A stretch of 64,000 bases of DNA from Acidobacteria bacterium RIFCSPLOWO2_02_FULL_67_21. Lineage in GTDB: Bacteria > Acidobacteriota > Vicinamibacteria > Vicinamibacterales > UBA2999. The notes beneath the pieces were generated by a model. It saw only the letters and a program-made list of their open reading frames with translations. It did not search any database and was not told the origin of the DNA. Shown one piece after another: positions 10,898 through 21,545 of this stretch (within the stretch, counting starts at the first letter, position 1; every line of letters begins with the position of its first letter). Made by a program: the position numbers and the translations under genes. The DNA lies in the NCBI GenBank assembly GCA_001767195.1, contig MEKU01000007.1, forward strand, positions 53,488-117,487, written 5' to 3'.

Positions 10898-10927
10898 GTG
10901 CCTGGGGTGCCTGAAGTGCCTGAAGGG
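10898..10927. repeat. Tandem 9-mer GTGCCTGRR x3, upstream of the acyl-CoA dehydrogenase start
   Basis: Direct reading: gtgcctggg gtgcctgaa gtgcctgaa ggg. Confidence 0.6.
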
Positions 10928-10972
10928 CCTAGAGCCGGTCTCATAACCGACCACGGGCGCCCAATTCCGTAC

Positions 10973-11011
10973 GTAGTGCCGGGCTTCAGCCCGGCTAACG
11001 CCGGGCACTAC
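10973..11011. repeat. REP-like palindromic element, family A, copy 1
   Basis: GTAGT-GCCGGGC-TTCA-GCCCGGC-TAAC-GCCGGGC-ACTAC. Near-identical copies at 30893-30931 (inverted) and 48907-48945. Confidence 0.8.
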
Positions 11012-11030
11012 GTCGGTCATGAAACCGCTT

Positions 11031-11828
11031 CTAAGGTGCGGGGACTCTCGTGACCGTTACGCGCGCGCCGCGGCCGAGCCCGAAACGCTCGGCGGCGCTC
11101 CCGCCGTTCACCGCGACCTCGAGATGCCCAGAGCTGCCGAACAGCGCGCAGATCGAGCCGGAGGGCGCGTCGGCGTAGGTCGCCACGACCCTGCCGACAG
11201 CCTCGGTCCCGGCCACGATCTCGAGGCCGCCTGCCTCCGCGAAGCGCTCGAACATCGGCCGATCGATGTTCGTGACGAGATTGCCGAAGCGATCGACGCG
11301 CAGCACCTCGCCGGTAATCCCATCCTCCCCCAGCAGCGGCGCCGGCACGTGCAGCGTCTGCCACGACGTCAGCGGCCGCCCGAGCGCGCTGAGATCGATC
11401 CCCTTGGCCAGCCAGGCGGCGGCCGGCGCAAACCGATCGCGCCCCTCGAACGTGCGGCTGACCGTGGGCCGGGCGTATCGGCGCTCGGTCAGCTCGACAA
11501 CCCGCCTGGGCGGTGACTCCTGCAGCACGACCGTCAGTACGCCGTTGTCGGGCGCCACGAAGCGGTACCCGCCCGCCTCCGCGGCCAGCCCCCGGCGTGC
11601 GGATCCGACACCCGGATCGACGACCACCAGGAAGACCGTTCCGGGCGGAAAGTACCGGTACGAGGCGGCGAGCTCCAGCGCGCCCGCCAGGATATCGTGC
11701 GGCGGAATGTCGTGGGTGATATCCACGCAGGTCGCGTCCGGGCAGATCCCCAGCGCCACGCCCTTCATCGTCCCGGCGTAGTGATCCTTGGTCCCGAAAT
11801 CGGTCAGAAGAGCGATGACCGGCCGCAT
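11031..11828 (-). CDS. SAM hydrolase / SAM hydroxide adenosyltransferase family (DUF62, fluorinase-chlorinase-like)
   Basis: LLTDFGTKDHYAGTMKGV...VVVDPGVGS are hallmark motifs. Confidence 0.8.
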   Translation of the reverse strand: MRPVIALLTDFGTKDHYAGTMKGVALGICPDATCVDITHDIPPHDILAGALELAASYRYFPPGTVFLVVVDPGVGSARRGLAAEAGGYRFVAPDNGVLTVVLQESPPRRVVELTERRYARPTVSRTFEGRDRFAPAAAWLAKGIDLSALGRPLTSWQTLHVPAPLLGEDGITGEVLRVDRFGNLVTNIDRPMFERFAEAGGLEIVAGTEAVGRVVATYADAPSGSICALFGSSGHLEVAVNGGSAAERFGLGRGARVTVTRVPAP

Positions 11829-11840
11829 TTTATGCGCGCG

Positions 11841-12512
11841 TCAGCTGCCCGCGGCGGCCGGCTTGGCCTGAGCGGCGGCAGCCGGCTTGCGGAACAGGAC
11901 CTCGCGCAGGTTGGTCTTGAGTAGGAAATTCTCGGTGATCCGCAGCGGCTCGAAGAGCCGCTGGATGTCCCGGTTGAGCAGCGGCCGCTGCTTGGCGCGG
12001 GCCGCCGCGTACGGCCGGTACTGCAGGTGCGACCGGTCTACGACCACATGCTTGGTATACATCGGATGGATCGTCGATCGCGGATCCGTCGTGCTGAAGA
12101 ACGCGAGCAGTACGCCGTCGGGACGCAGCACCCGCTTCAGCTGCCGGGCGAGCCGCTCGCCCGCCGGCCGGTCCAGATAGTCGAACACGTCCCAGCAGAG
12201 AATGCCGTCGATCGTCTCGGACTCCTGCGGAAACCGCGTGTCGAAAAACAGGGACAGCTCCTCGAGCTTCCCCTGCGACACGTGACGGTCGATATCCTTG
12301 GACAGATCCTCGACGATGATCTTGCAGCCGACCTGCTCGCCGAAGAAGGTGACGTTCGAGCCGACCACCGGGCCGAGATCGAGCAGCACCGGCTGCGGCC
12401 GGCCGCTCAGGCCGGCGAGAAACCGATCGAGAACCATGGTGGGGTGGACGGGGCCGTCCGCGGCGTCGTGCCCATCCTTGCGGCGGCGGGCGAACAGGTC
12501 AGAAAAAGCCAC
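11841..12512 (-). CDS. Putative class I SAM-dependent methyltransferase
   Basis: Motif-I-like VLLDLGPVVGSN and post-I/III-like segments (ILCWDVFDYL, LRPDGVLLAFF). Confidence 0.5.
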   Translation of the reverse strand: MAFSDLFARRRKDGHDAADGPVHPTMVLDRFLAGLSGRPQPVLLDLGPVVGSNVTFFGEQVGCKIIVEDLSKDIDRHVSQGKLEELSLFFDTRFPQESETIDGILCWDVFDYLDRPAGERLARQLKRVLRPDGVLLAFFSTTDPRSTIHPMYTKHVVVDRSHLQYRPYAAARAKQRPLLNRDIQRLFEPLRITENFLLKTNLREVLFRKPAAAAQAKPAAAGS

Positions 12513-12603
12513 GGGCGGGGTACTGGTGACGGATGACGCGTGGCTGGTGCCCTGAGGGGCTCAAGTCACCAACCACGGTTCGCCAGACTGGGTCACGCAG
12601 CCC

Positions 12604-13152
12604 TTAACGCGCTGCGGGCTGCGCCACCTGGGAGGCCGCCGGCGCGGGCTGTGCCGCCGGCTGGGCGGCCTGACGCGGCTGCGCGGGCTGCGGCTGCGCC
12701 GCCGCGGGCTGTCCGCTCTTCCGCTGCATGTCGACGCTGCCGCGGAAGTGCGCGCCGTCGGCAATCGCCACACGCGGCGCCACGATGTCGCCGTCGACCG
12801 ACCCGCCGTCGCGAATCTCCACCTTCTCGGCGGCGGTCACGTTGCCGTGCACTTCGCCGAGCACGATGAGCGCCTTCGTGAACACCTGCGCCCGGATCTT
12901 GCCGTTGGGGCCGATCGTCAGGATGTGGTCCTTCAGCTCGATCTTGCCCTCGACCTGTCCCTCGATGGTGAGATCCTCGCTGCCGTTCAGCTCGCCCTTG
13001 ATGACCACCGATTTTCCGATGTTCACGATGTCTCTCCCTGCTGACTTCGGCTCGGGCTGCGAGGCCGACGAACCGGACGGGGTACTCTGGACGGCCGGTC
13101 CCGGGGTTCCCTGACCGCTCGTCGGCTTCACCGCTTCATCACGTTTCCACAT
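12604..13152 (-). CDS. Bactofilin (polymer-forming cytoskeletal protein) with a Q/P/A-rich C-terminal tail
   Basis: Bactofilin beta-helix repeats (IKGELNGSEDLTIEGQVEGKIEL...VLGEVHGNV...VDGDIVAPRVAIADGAHFRGSV). Confidence 0.85.
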   Translation of the reverse strand: MWKRDEAVKPTSGQGTPGPAVQSTPSGSSASQPEPKSAGRDIVNIGKSVVIKGELNGSEDLTIEGQVEGKIELKDHILTIGPNGKIRAQVFTKALIVLGEVHGNVTAAEKVEIRDGGSVDGDIVAPRVAIADGAHFRGSVDMQRKSGQPAAAQPQPAQPRQAAQPAAQPAPAASQVAQPAAR

Positions 13153-13328
13153 AGTGCGTCCTCCACCCCAGAGGGGCTCCTCAGCGGCCTCTCAAGGCCC
13201 CGACATGACCAGAGCCTGGGCGGCCCGACCCAGAGTCCTCAGAGTATATCGGCGCGGGAAAAGTATTGTCTAGTCACTATTTTGCCGGGACTTCGCGCGA
13301 ATGCTACGATGCCCGGAGAGCCTCGTCC

Positions 13329-14430
<1,102 letters not shown>

Positions 14431-14431
<1 letters not shown>

Positions 14432-15489
14432 TGCGCATCGTCGTTGCCATGTCGGGCGGCGTCGATTCGTCGGTGGCCGCGGCGCTGCTGGCCGCCCAGG
14501 GCCACGACGTCATCGGCCTGTCGATGCAGCTCTACCCCGCCGGCGATCACCGGTTCGGAGGATGCTGCACGCTGGAGGACCTGCACGACGCGCGGCGGGT
14601 GGCCGCGGCGCTCGGCATTCCGCATTACATCCTCAATTTCGAGCAGCGGTTTCACGACACGGTGATCTCGGACTTCGTCCGGCAGTATGCGTCGGGGCGC
14701 ACGCCGCTCCCCTGCGCCCACTGCAACAGCGATCTGAAATTCTCGTCCCTGCTCGAGCGCGCGCGCGGCCTCGGCGCCGAGCAGCTGGCCACCGGCCATT
14801 ACGCGCGGGTCGAGTCGTCCCCGGCCGGGCGAAGGCTCCTCATGCGGAGCGCCGACCGCGAGAAGGACCAGTCGTATTTCCTGTTTTCGCTGACGCAGGA
14901 CCAGCTCGCGCGCGCCTGCTTCCCGGTCGGGTCGCTCACCAAGCCGGAGGTCCGGGCCGAGGCGCGACGAATCGGCCTCAACGTCGCCGACAAGCCCGAC
15001 AGCCAGGAGATCTGTTTCGTGCCCGGCGGGGACTACGCCGCTTTCGTCGCCGGTGAGGATCCTCGTGTCTCCCGCCAGGGCATCATCGCCGACGAGCAGG
15101 GCCGGGCGCTGCGTCAGCATGACGGCGTGCACCGGTTTACCGTCGGACAGCGGAAGGGGGTGGGGGTGCCGGGGCCGATCCCGCTGTACGTGTCCCGGAT
15201 CGACGCCTCGACGGGAACGGTCACCGTCGGCCCGCGAACGTCCCTCGAGCGGAGCACCCTGACGGCGTCCGGTGTGAACTGGATCGTGCCGGCGGCTCCA
15301 CCCGCCACGTGGCTGCCCGCCGCCGCCCAAATCCGGCACCGGCACCGCGCCGCCGCCGGGCGTGTTCGCGCGATCGATCCAGACCGGGCCGAGTTCGTCT
15401 TCGACGAGCCGCAGACGGCCGTCACGCCCGGCCAGGCGGTCGTCTTCTACGACGGCGATGTCGTTGTCGGAGGCGGCTGGATCGACTGA
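14431..15489 (+). CDS. mnmA: tRNA 2-thiouridine(34) synthase MnmA
   Basis: [17 protein letters not shown]-loop, CAHCN, ATGHYAR. The ATG overlaps the upstream stop (TGATG). Confidence 0.9.
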
Positions 15490-15494
15490 GTCCA

Positions 15495-15513
15495 GGCGGG
15501 CTTCAGCCCGGCC
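15495..15513. terminator. GC hairpin between convergent mnmA and trxB (GGCGGGC-TTCA-GCCCGGCC)
   Basis: Stem-loop read directly. No U-tract. Resembles the family-B hairpins. Confidence 0.4.
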
Positions 15514-15526
15514 TACGATGGAAATG

Positions 15527-16525
15527 CTACAGCGGCGCGGAGGGATTGACCGCAACCGGTTCGACCGCGCGCGGAGCGCCGACCGACTCGGCGTGCTCGG
15601 CCATGCCTTCGAGGAACCGCTCGGCATCGATGGCCGCCATGCACCCGGACCCCGCCGCCGTGATCGCCTGGCGGTAGACATGATCCTGGACGTCGCCGGC
15701 GGCGAAGACGCCCGGCACGCTCGTCCTGGTCCCGTGGCGCGTCACGACATAGCCGCTGGCGTCGAGCTCGAGCTGGCCTGCAAAGAGCGCCGTGTTCGGC
15801 GTGTGCCCGATGGCAATGAAGACGCCGTCGAGCGGCACGTCCCGAAGCTGGCCGGTCTTGAGGTTGCGGGTCACGACGCCCGTCACCTCGCCTTTGGCCA
15901 GGTCCTTGATGTCGGCCACCTCGGAATCCCAGATGAACTCGATTTTGGGGTTCGCAAACGCCTTGTCCTGCATGATCTTCGACGCGCGCAGCGAATCGCG
16001 CCGGTGGATCACGGTCACTTTCGAGGCGAACTTGGTCAGGTAGATCGCCTCTTCCATCGCCGAGTCGCCGCCGCCCACGACGGCAATCGGCCGGCCGCGG
16101 TAGAAATATCCGTCGCAGGTGGCGCAGGTGGACACGCCATGGCCCGAGAGCTTGCGATCGACGCCGATCTCGAGCCAGCGGGCCGAGGCGCCCGTGGCGA
16201 TGATGAGCGCGTCGCTCGTGATTGGATCCCGTCCGCTGACGACGGTCGTGAACGGGCGGCGCCGCAGATCGACGGAGGCGACGTTCCCTTCGATGAACTC
16301 GGTGCCGAACCGTTCGGCCTGTGCCCGCATCTCGACCATGAGATCCGGACCCATGATGCCGTCCCGGTATCCCGGCCAGTTCTCGACCATGGTCGTCAGC
16401 GTCAGCTGGCCGCCGGCCTCGAGACCTTCAATGAGCAGGGGCTTCAGATTGGCGCGGGCCGCGTAGAGCGCCGCCGTCAGACCGGCGGGCCCCGACCCGA
16501 TGATGACGACCTGTCGATCGGCCAT
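15527..16525 (-). CDS. trxB: Thioredoxin-disulfide reductase
   Basis: [19 protein letters not shown], the redox CATCDG motif and [10 protein letters not shown]. Confidence 0.9.
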   Translation of the reverse strand: MADRQVVIIGSGPAGLTAALYAARANLKPLLIEGLEAGGQLTLTTMVENWPGYRDGIMGPDLMVEMRAQAERFGTEFIEGNVASVDLRRRPFTTVVSGRDPITSDALIIATGASARWLEIGVDRKLSGHGVSTCATCDGYFYRGRPIAVVGGGDSAMEEAIYLTKFASKVTVIHRRDSLRASKIMQDKAFANPKIEFIWDSEVADIKDLAKGEVTGVVTRNLKTGQLRDVPLDGVFIAIGHTPNTALFAGQLELDASGYVVTRHGTRTSVPGVFAAGDVQDHVYRQAITAAGSGCMAAIDAERFLEGMAEHAESVGAPRAVEPVAVNPSAPL

Positions 16526-16848
16526 CAGAGGTGCTTCTCCACCATGCGCTTGATGTCTTCCTTGGGCGCCAGCCCGACCAGCGTGTCGGCGAGCTGGCCG
16601 TTCTTGAAGACCAGCAGCGTCGGAATGCCGCGAATCATGAAGCGGCCCGGCACGCTGGGGTTCTCGTCGACGTTGAGCTTGGCCACCGTGGCGCGGCCGT
16701 CGAGCTCACCGGCCAGCTCCTCCACGATTGGGCCAATCCGCCGGCACGGGCCGCACCATTCGGCCCAGAAGTCCACCAGCGTGACGCCGGCCTTGATTTC
16801 CTGCTCGAAATTGCTGTCGGTGAGGGTCTTCAGTTTGTCGGATGCCAT
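16525..16848 (-). CDS. trxA: Thioredoxin
   Basis: The WCGPC active site. Start at ATG 16848 (MASDKLKTL). The stop overlaps the trxB start. Confidence 0.9.
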   Translation of the reverse strand: MASDKLKTLTDSNFEQEIKAGVTLVDFWAEWCGPCRRIGPIVEELAGELDGRATVAKLNVDENPSVPGRFMIRGIPTLLVFKNGQLADTLVGLAPKEDIKRMVEKHL

Positions 16849-16894
16849 ACGTCCTTCCTTGGGTTGCTGCGCGGCCCGGTAGCCACCCAGCTGT

Positions 16895-18331
16895 CTATAT
16901 TGTCGCGCGTTTGTAGGTTTCGGCATACTGCCGTGCCGACCGGTCCCAGGAGAAGTCCTGCTGCATCCCGGCCAGCTGGATCCTGCGCCAAACGGAGCGG
17001 TTCTGGAAGGTATGCAGGGCGCGCCGCAGCGCCGCGAGCAGTGCTTCGGGCGAGTACGGCTCGAAGACAACCCCCGTCCCGCCGCTCTTCCCGCGTTCGA
17101 CGTTGCGGACCGTGTCAGACAGGCCGCCGGTCGCGCGGACGACCGGCACGGTACCGTAACGGAGGCTGTACATCTGGTTCAGCCCGCAGGGCTCGAATCG
17201 GGACGGCATCAGGAAGATGTCGGCGCCGGCCTCGATGCGATGCGCCAGCGCCTCGTCAAAGCCGAACCGCGTGCCGATCCGGTCCGGATGGCGCGCCGCG
17301 AGCGCGCGCCACAGATCCTCGTACCGCGGCTCGCCGCTCCCGAGCAGCACGAACGAGGCGTCGAGCGCCGACAGCTCCGGCGCGATGGCGGCAATCAGGT
17401 CGAACCCCTTCTGATCCACGAGCCGCGAAATCAACCCGACGAGAGGGCGGCGCCGAGCCTCCGCGCCGGCCGCGAGGCCGAATACCTCCAGCACGAGCCG
17501 TTTTGACGCCGCCTTTCCGCGCAGGTTCGACGTGTCGTACGGTGCCGGCAGGTTGGGATCGCGCGCCGGGTCCCACTGGTCCGTGTCGATGCCGTTGAGG
17601 ATGCCGACGAGGTCGGCCGAACGGTGTCGCAGAATGCCGTCGAAGCCACATCCGAGTTCCGGTGACTGGATCTCCACCGCATACCTGGGGCTCACCGTGG
17701 TGATCGTCCGGCTGAAGACGATGCCGGCCTTCAGGAAGCTGATGCGGCCGAAGTACTCCAGTGCGTCGGTCCGCATGAGATCCCATCCCAGACCAAGGCG
17801 CGGCAGCCACGCAGCATCGAACAGGCCCTGGAAGGCGAGGTTGTGAATCGTCAACACGGCTGGAGCGCCGCGAAACGCCGGCGCAGACCCATACTCGCGC
17901 TGCAGCAGGAGCGGCACCAGGCCGCCCTGCCAGTCGTGCGCATGCACAACGTCGTACGCAGTCCCCGACGAGGCGCCCCATTCCAGGGCCGACCGGGCCA
18001 GGAACGCAAACCGCTCCGCATTGTCGCGGTAATCGTCGTTGCCCGTGCCGTAGAGGTACTCGCGGTCGAAATAGTCGGGCTGGTGGACGAACAGGGTGCG
18101 GACGCCGTCAGCGACGGTCGCGTACACGTCTGCGGATCGAGCCGTACCGGCCATCCGGACCTGCACTCGCGCCACCGGCTCCCCGCCAGCCACGGAGCGG
18201 TAGCGCGGCATCACCACATCGACGGCATGGCCCAGCCGCACGAGCGCCCGCGGGAGCGCGCCGATCACGTCCGCCAGACCGCCGGTCTTCGCAAAGGGAA
18301 CCGACTCGGACGCCACCATCAGGACGCGCAT
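16895..18331 (-). CDS. glgA: Glycogen synthase (ADP-glucose type)
   Basis: MRVLMVASESVPFAKTGGLADV N-terminus and GT5 core. Start at internal ATG 18331. Confidence 0.9.
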   Translation of the reverse strand: MRVLMVASESVPFAKTGGLADVIGALPRALVRLGHAVDVVMPRYRSVAGGEPVARVQVRMAGTARSADVYATVADGVRTLFVHQPDYFDREYLYGTGNDDYRDNAERFAFLARSALEWGASSGTAYDVVHAHDWQGGLVPLLLQREYGSAPAFRGAPAVLTIHNLAFQGLFDAAWLPRLGLGWDLMRTDALEYFGRISFLKAGIVFSRTITTVSPRYAVEIQSPELGCGFDGILRHRSADLVGILNGIDTDQWDPARDPNLPAPYDTSNLRGKAASKRLVLEVFGLAAGAEARRRPLVGLISRLVDQKGFDLIAAIAPELSALDASFVLLGSGEPRYEDLWRALAARHPDRIGTRFGFDEALAHRIEAGADIFLMPSRFEPCGLNQMYSLRYGTVPVVRATGGLSDTVRNVERGKSGGTGVVFEPYSPEALLAALRRALHTFQNRSVWRRIQLAGMQQDFSWDRSARQYAETYKRATI

Positions 18332-18397
18332 CAGCTCTAACCTATCAGGTCGTGGAGTCCTTGGGTCCGGACCCGCCACCCGCTATGATGGGCTCAA

Positions 18398-19279
18398 GTG
18401 GCCGATCGAGCAGCTCGTCCGTCGGGTCCCGGCCGCGCCGAATCGCGGGAATCGGCTGAACTCAAGGCGCTGAAGGAGCATCATCCCGAACTGGGCGAAG
18501 CGATCGACATGCATCTCGAGCTGCTCGGGATGGAGCGGCGCATCCGGGGCCGGGTGCCACTGCCCTCCTTCGCGCTGAACGCCCAGGTCTTTGCACATCA
18601 CCGCGCGGACGGCCGTCCGCTGCTTCGGTTCGAGGATATCCCGCTCGACCCGACCGATCTGCGCCTCGCCGTTCGTCAGACGGCGGAGATTCTCCGCCGG
18701 TTCGGCGCGCTCGACGAGCCCGAGTTTCAGCAGGCCCTCGGGCTTGGCCGTGAGATGGCGCTGCCGTCCCTGGTGGCCGCCTGGTACCGCGCCATCGCGG
18801 AGCGGCACGAGGCGGCGGCCGTCGGACGGGGCTCGTCGACGGCGCCCGCCCTGGACGGCCGCTTCGACCAGATCTTCACGCTGGCCATGCGGCCCTTCCT
18901 GTCGCGATGCGCAGAGGTCGTGCAACAGCGCCCCGAGCTTGCCGCCTGGCAGCACCCGCACTGCGCCGTCTGCGGCGGCGAGCCCGACTTCGCGACCATC
19001 ACGCCGGCCGCCGAACGGCACCTGATCTGCGGCCGGTGCGGCCTCCGATGGAAGTTCGAGCCGCTGACCTGTCCGTACTGCCGGAACAGCGACCGATCGC
19101 AGATCACGTCGTTTGCGACGCCCGACGGGCGCTACCGCGTCTATGCCTGCGATGTGTGCACGCGGTATCTCAAGGCGTACGACGGCCGGCACGCTGCGCG
19201 TCCCGTCATGCCGGTTGTGGATATGGTGGCGACGCTGCCGCTCGACGCGGCGGCGATGCAGCGGGGCTATACAGGATAG
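18398..19279 (+). CDS. fdhE: FdhE-like formate dehydrogenase accessory protein
   Basis: Paired CxxC motifs (CAVCGG, CGRCG, CPYCRN, CDVCTRYLK) and the FdhE C-terminal pattern. GTG start. Confidence 0.65.
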   Translation: MADRAARPSGPGRAESRESAELKALKEHHPELGEAIDMHLELLGMERRIRGRVPLPSFALNAQVFAHHRADGRPLLRFEDIPLDPTDLRLAVRQTAEILRRFGALDEPEFQQALGLGREMALPSLVAAWYRAIAERHEAAAVGRGSSTAPALDGRFDQIFTLAMRPFLSRCAEVVQQRPELAAWQHPHCAVCGGEPDFATITPAAERHLICGRCGLRWKFEPLTCPYCRNSDRSQITSFATPDGRYRVYACDVCTRYLKAYDGRHAARPVMPVVDMVATLPLDAAAMQRGYTG

Positions 19280-19359
19280 GCTTCGGGCTTCGGGCTCTGG
19301 GCTTCAGGCGTGCCGTCCGCTGCGTCAGGCCGGAAGCCCGAAGTCTGAAGTCCGAAGCC
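19279..19359. repeat. Long imperfect hairpin built of CTTCGGG units and their complement; probable bidirectional terminator
   Basis: ggcttcgggcttcgggctctgggcttcagg ... ccggaagcccgaagtctgaagtccgaagcc, between convergent genes. Confidence 0.55.
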
Positions 19360-19365
19360 AGCCTG

Positions 19366-20574
19366 TCAGTTGACGGCCGCTTCGAGCGGCGTGCCGAAGA
19401 GATCCTGCGCCCGCGTCGAGAGCCAGTTGAAGAGGTGGCGCGTCTCCCAGAAGCGCCCGGCGTTCGACGTGGCGCCGAGCACGACGACAGCGACCTGCGG
19501 CCCGCCCTGCGGCAGCCGGAGCAGCGTCGCCAGGCAGTAGCCGGCCTTCCGGATGAATCCGGTCTTGCCCCCGAGCACGTCCACGTCACCCTTCATGACC
19601 AGCTGATTGGTGCTGTGGATGTTGATCTGGCGACGGCCGATCGCCACCGTGTAGTGCTGCTTCTGCATGATCGACCCGATCCGCTCGTCGCTGCCGGCCC
19701 GGGCGATCAGGCGCGCCATGTCGTAGGCGGTCGAGACGTTGTCGGCCAGGAGGCCCGAGGGGTCTGCGTAATGGGTGCTCGCCAGGCCGAGCTCCGCGGC
19801 CTTCTCGTTCATACGGACGACGAACCCTGCCGAGCCGTACGGCGAGATGCGCGCGAGGGCCCTCGCGGCCGCGTTGTCGGACGCAATCAGCAGCAGGTGC
19901 AGCAGGTCACCCGTTGAAACCTTATAGCCAGCCCGGAGGTACGTCGTCGACGCGCGATACACGTCGGAGCGCTGAACGACCACCTCGCTCGAGAGGTCGG
20001 GCTCGCTCTCGAGGAACACCGCGGCGGTCATCACCTTGGTGATGCTCGCAATCGATCGCTGATCCTGCGAGTTCTCTTCCCAGAGGATGGCTCCGGTGGC
20101 CGGGTTGTAGATGATGGCCGCCTCGGCGCGCAGATCGGGCACGAGCGCACCCGTCTCGTCCGTCTTGAAACGAGGCTCCTGCGCCTCCCGGAGCGCGCGG
20201 GCCTGCGCGGCAACGCGGGAGACCCGTGGAGCGCTGGCCGCACGCCGCGTCGTGTAGACCGTCAGCCGCTGCCCGGCCTGAATCGCAGTGCCGCTCAGCC
20301 CGTTCCACGCGCGGACCGACGCGACCGTGGCGCCGTAGCGGCGCGCAATCGCCGACAGCGTCTCACCGCGGCGCACGCGGTGCGTCACCTTGTGCGAGGC
20401 CGCGGAGGTCGACGGAGCAGACGAAGAGGCGGAGGTGGGAAGCGCCAGGGGGGCCTGCGCCTCGCTCGGGCCGCGGGGTGGTGTCTGGGCGAAAACGGCC
20501 GCCGACGCCATCAGCATGGCCGTCATGGCAGTGCCGATCAGGTAGCCACACTCACGCCGCCGAGATTGGATCAC
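19366..20574 (-). CDS. D-alanyl-D-alanine carboxypeptidase (peptidase S11) with an N-terminal LysM domain
   Basis: LysM (HRVRRGETLSAIARRYGATVASVRAWNGL) and the SxxK motif (SIASITKVMT). Start uncertain: GTG 20574 gives a good signal peptide; the ORF extends to 20697. Confidence 0.8.
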   Translation of the reverse strand: MIQSRRRECGYLIGTAMTAMLMASAAVFAQTPPRGPSEAQAPLALPTSASSSAPSTSAASHKVTHRVRRGETLSAIARRYGATVASVRAWNGLSGTAIQAGQRLTVYTTRRAASAPRVSRVAAQARALREAQEPRFKTDETGALVPDLRAEAAIIYNPATGAILWEENSQDQRSIASITKVMTAAVFLESEPDLSSEVVVQRSDVYRASTTYLRAGYKVSTGDLLHLLLIASDNAAARALARISPYGSAGFVVRMNEKAAELGLASTHYADPSGLLADNVSTAYDMARLIARAGSDERIGSIMQKQHYTVAIGRRQINIHSTNQLVMKGDVDVLGGKTGFIRKAGYCLATLLRLPQGGPQVAVVVLGATSNAGRFWETRHLFNWLSTRAQDLFGTPLEAAVN

Positions 20575-20738
20575 AGGCAACCCCTTACTCCACAGCTTGT
20601 TACGGATTGTGTCGGCATTGTAGCAAAGAAACTGTAGGCTGCAAGAGATTTTGACAGAACCGGGGGGTCGAAAGGTACCCTCTGCGTACATATTCACGTC
20701 ACCTCAACGGTGATCCGGGCTCAGCCAAACCAAATTCA

Positions 20739-21314
20739 GTGCCAGCAGAGATGGGAAACGCCGTGCAGACCGAAGCGGTCGAGCTGAGGGTCGCAGAGTT
20801 CGCGGCGCTGCGGCGGACCATTTCGGCACGCGGCACGGCCAGGATGGTCATCGCGCCGGTCACCACGGCCGTATGGGCGATCCTGACGCTCGTGCTGTTC
20901 CTGCTCGGGCAGCTCCCGCTGGCAACGCTCCTCCCGCTCACGGTGCTGGTGGGCGGGTTCGAGGCGATCCACGCCCTCCACGTGGGAGCCGAGCGGATCG
21001 GGCGCTACATTCAGGTGCACTACGAAGCCGCGGCGGACGGCCCGCGGTGGGAGACCGCAGCCATGACGGTGGGACCCTCCCTGCCCGGCGGCGGCATCGA
21101 TCCGCTCTTCTCGGCCGTGTTCATCGGCGCCGCGCTCATCAACGCGGCGACGGCCTTCGACCCGCCGCCGACCTGGCAGGAGCTGGCCATCGTCCTGGCG
21201 GCTCACGCCGCCTTTGTTGTGCGCGTCACGCGTGCGAGACGGGCCGCCTCGCGTCAGCGCGCCGTGGAGCTGGAGAGCTTCAAGGCGCTTCTCTCCCGCG
21301 ACGGTGAGCGGTAA
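20739..21314 (+). CDS. Hypothetical membrane protein
   Basis: Several hydrophobic helices. No family recognised. Confidence 0.45.
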   Translation: MPAEMGNAVQTEAVELRVAEFAALRRTISARGTARMVIAPVTTAVWAILTLVLFLLGQLPLATLLPLTVLVGGFEAIHALHVGAERIGRYIQVHYEAAADGPRWETAAMTVGPSLPGGGIDPLFSAVFIGAALINAATAFDPPPTWQELAIVLAAHAAFVVRVTRARRAASRQRAVELESFKALLSRDGER

Positions 21315-21545
21315 CGCTCACGAAGGCGTATCCAAACGGTTGAAACGACGATCCACAGCGCTGGTGCCGCAGCCACACCAGCGTGGCGCACGGGCCACAG
21401 ACCCCTGGTCCGACGGCATCCTCCGGGGCGACGTTCACGCTTACTTTGGGCCTGAATCTGCCCGATGAACCGCATCGGCACGCGCCGGGACGGCCGCTGC
21501 AACTCAGCGGTACAGAAGTTGCTCCCGTCGAGGTGGGAGCATGCA

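Noticed and set aside
13240-13300. An AT-rich patch (aaaagtattgtctagtcactattttgccgggact) upstream of the desulfurase gene, considered as a possible Rrf2/IscR operator
   Set aside because: It has only a loose resemblance to IscR type-1 sites and poor dyad symmetry, and no iscR gene is nearby. It is left as an unsubstantiated promoter-region observation.
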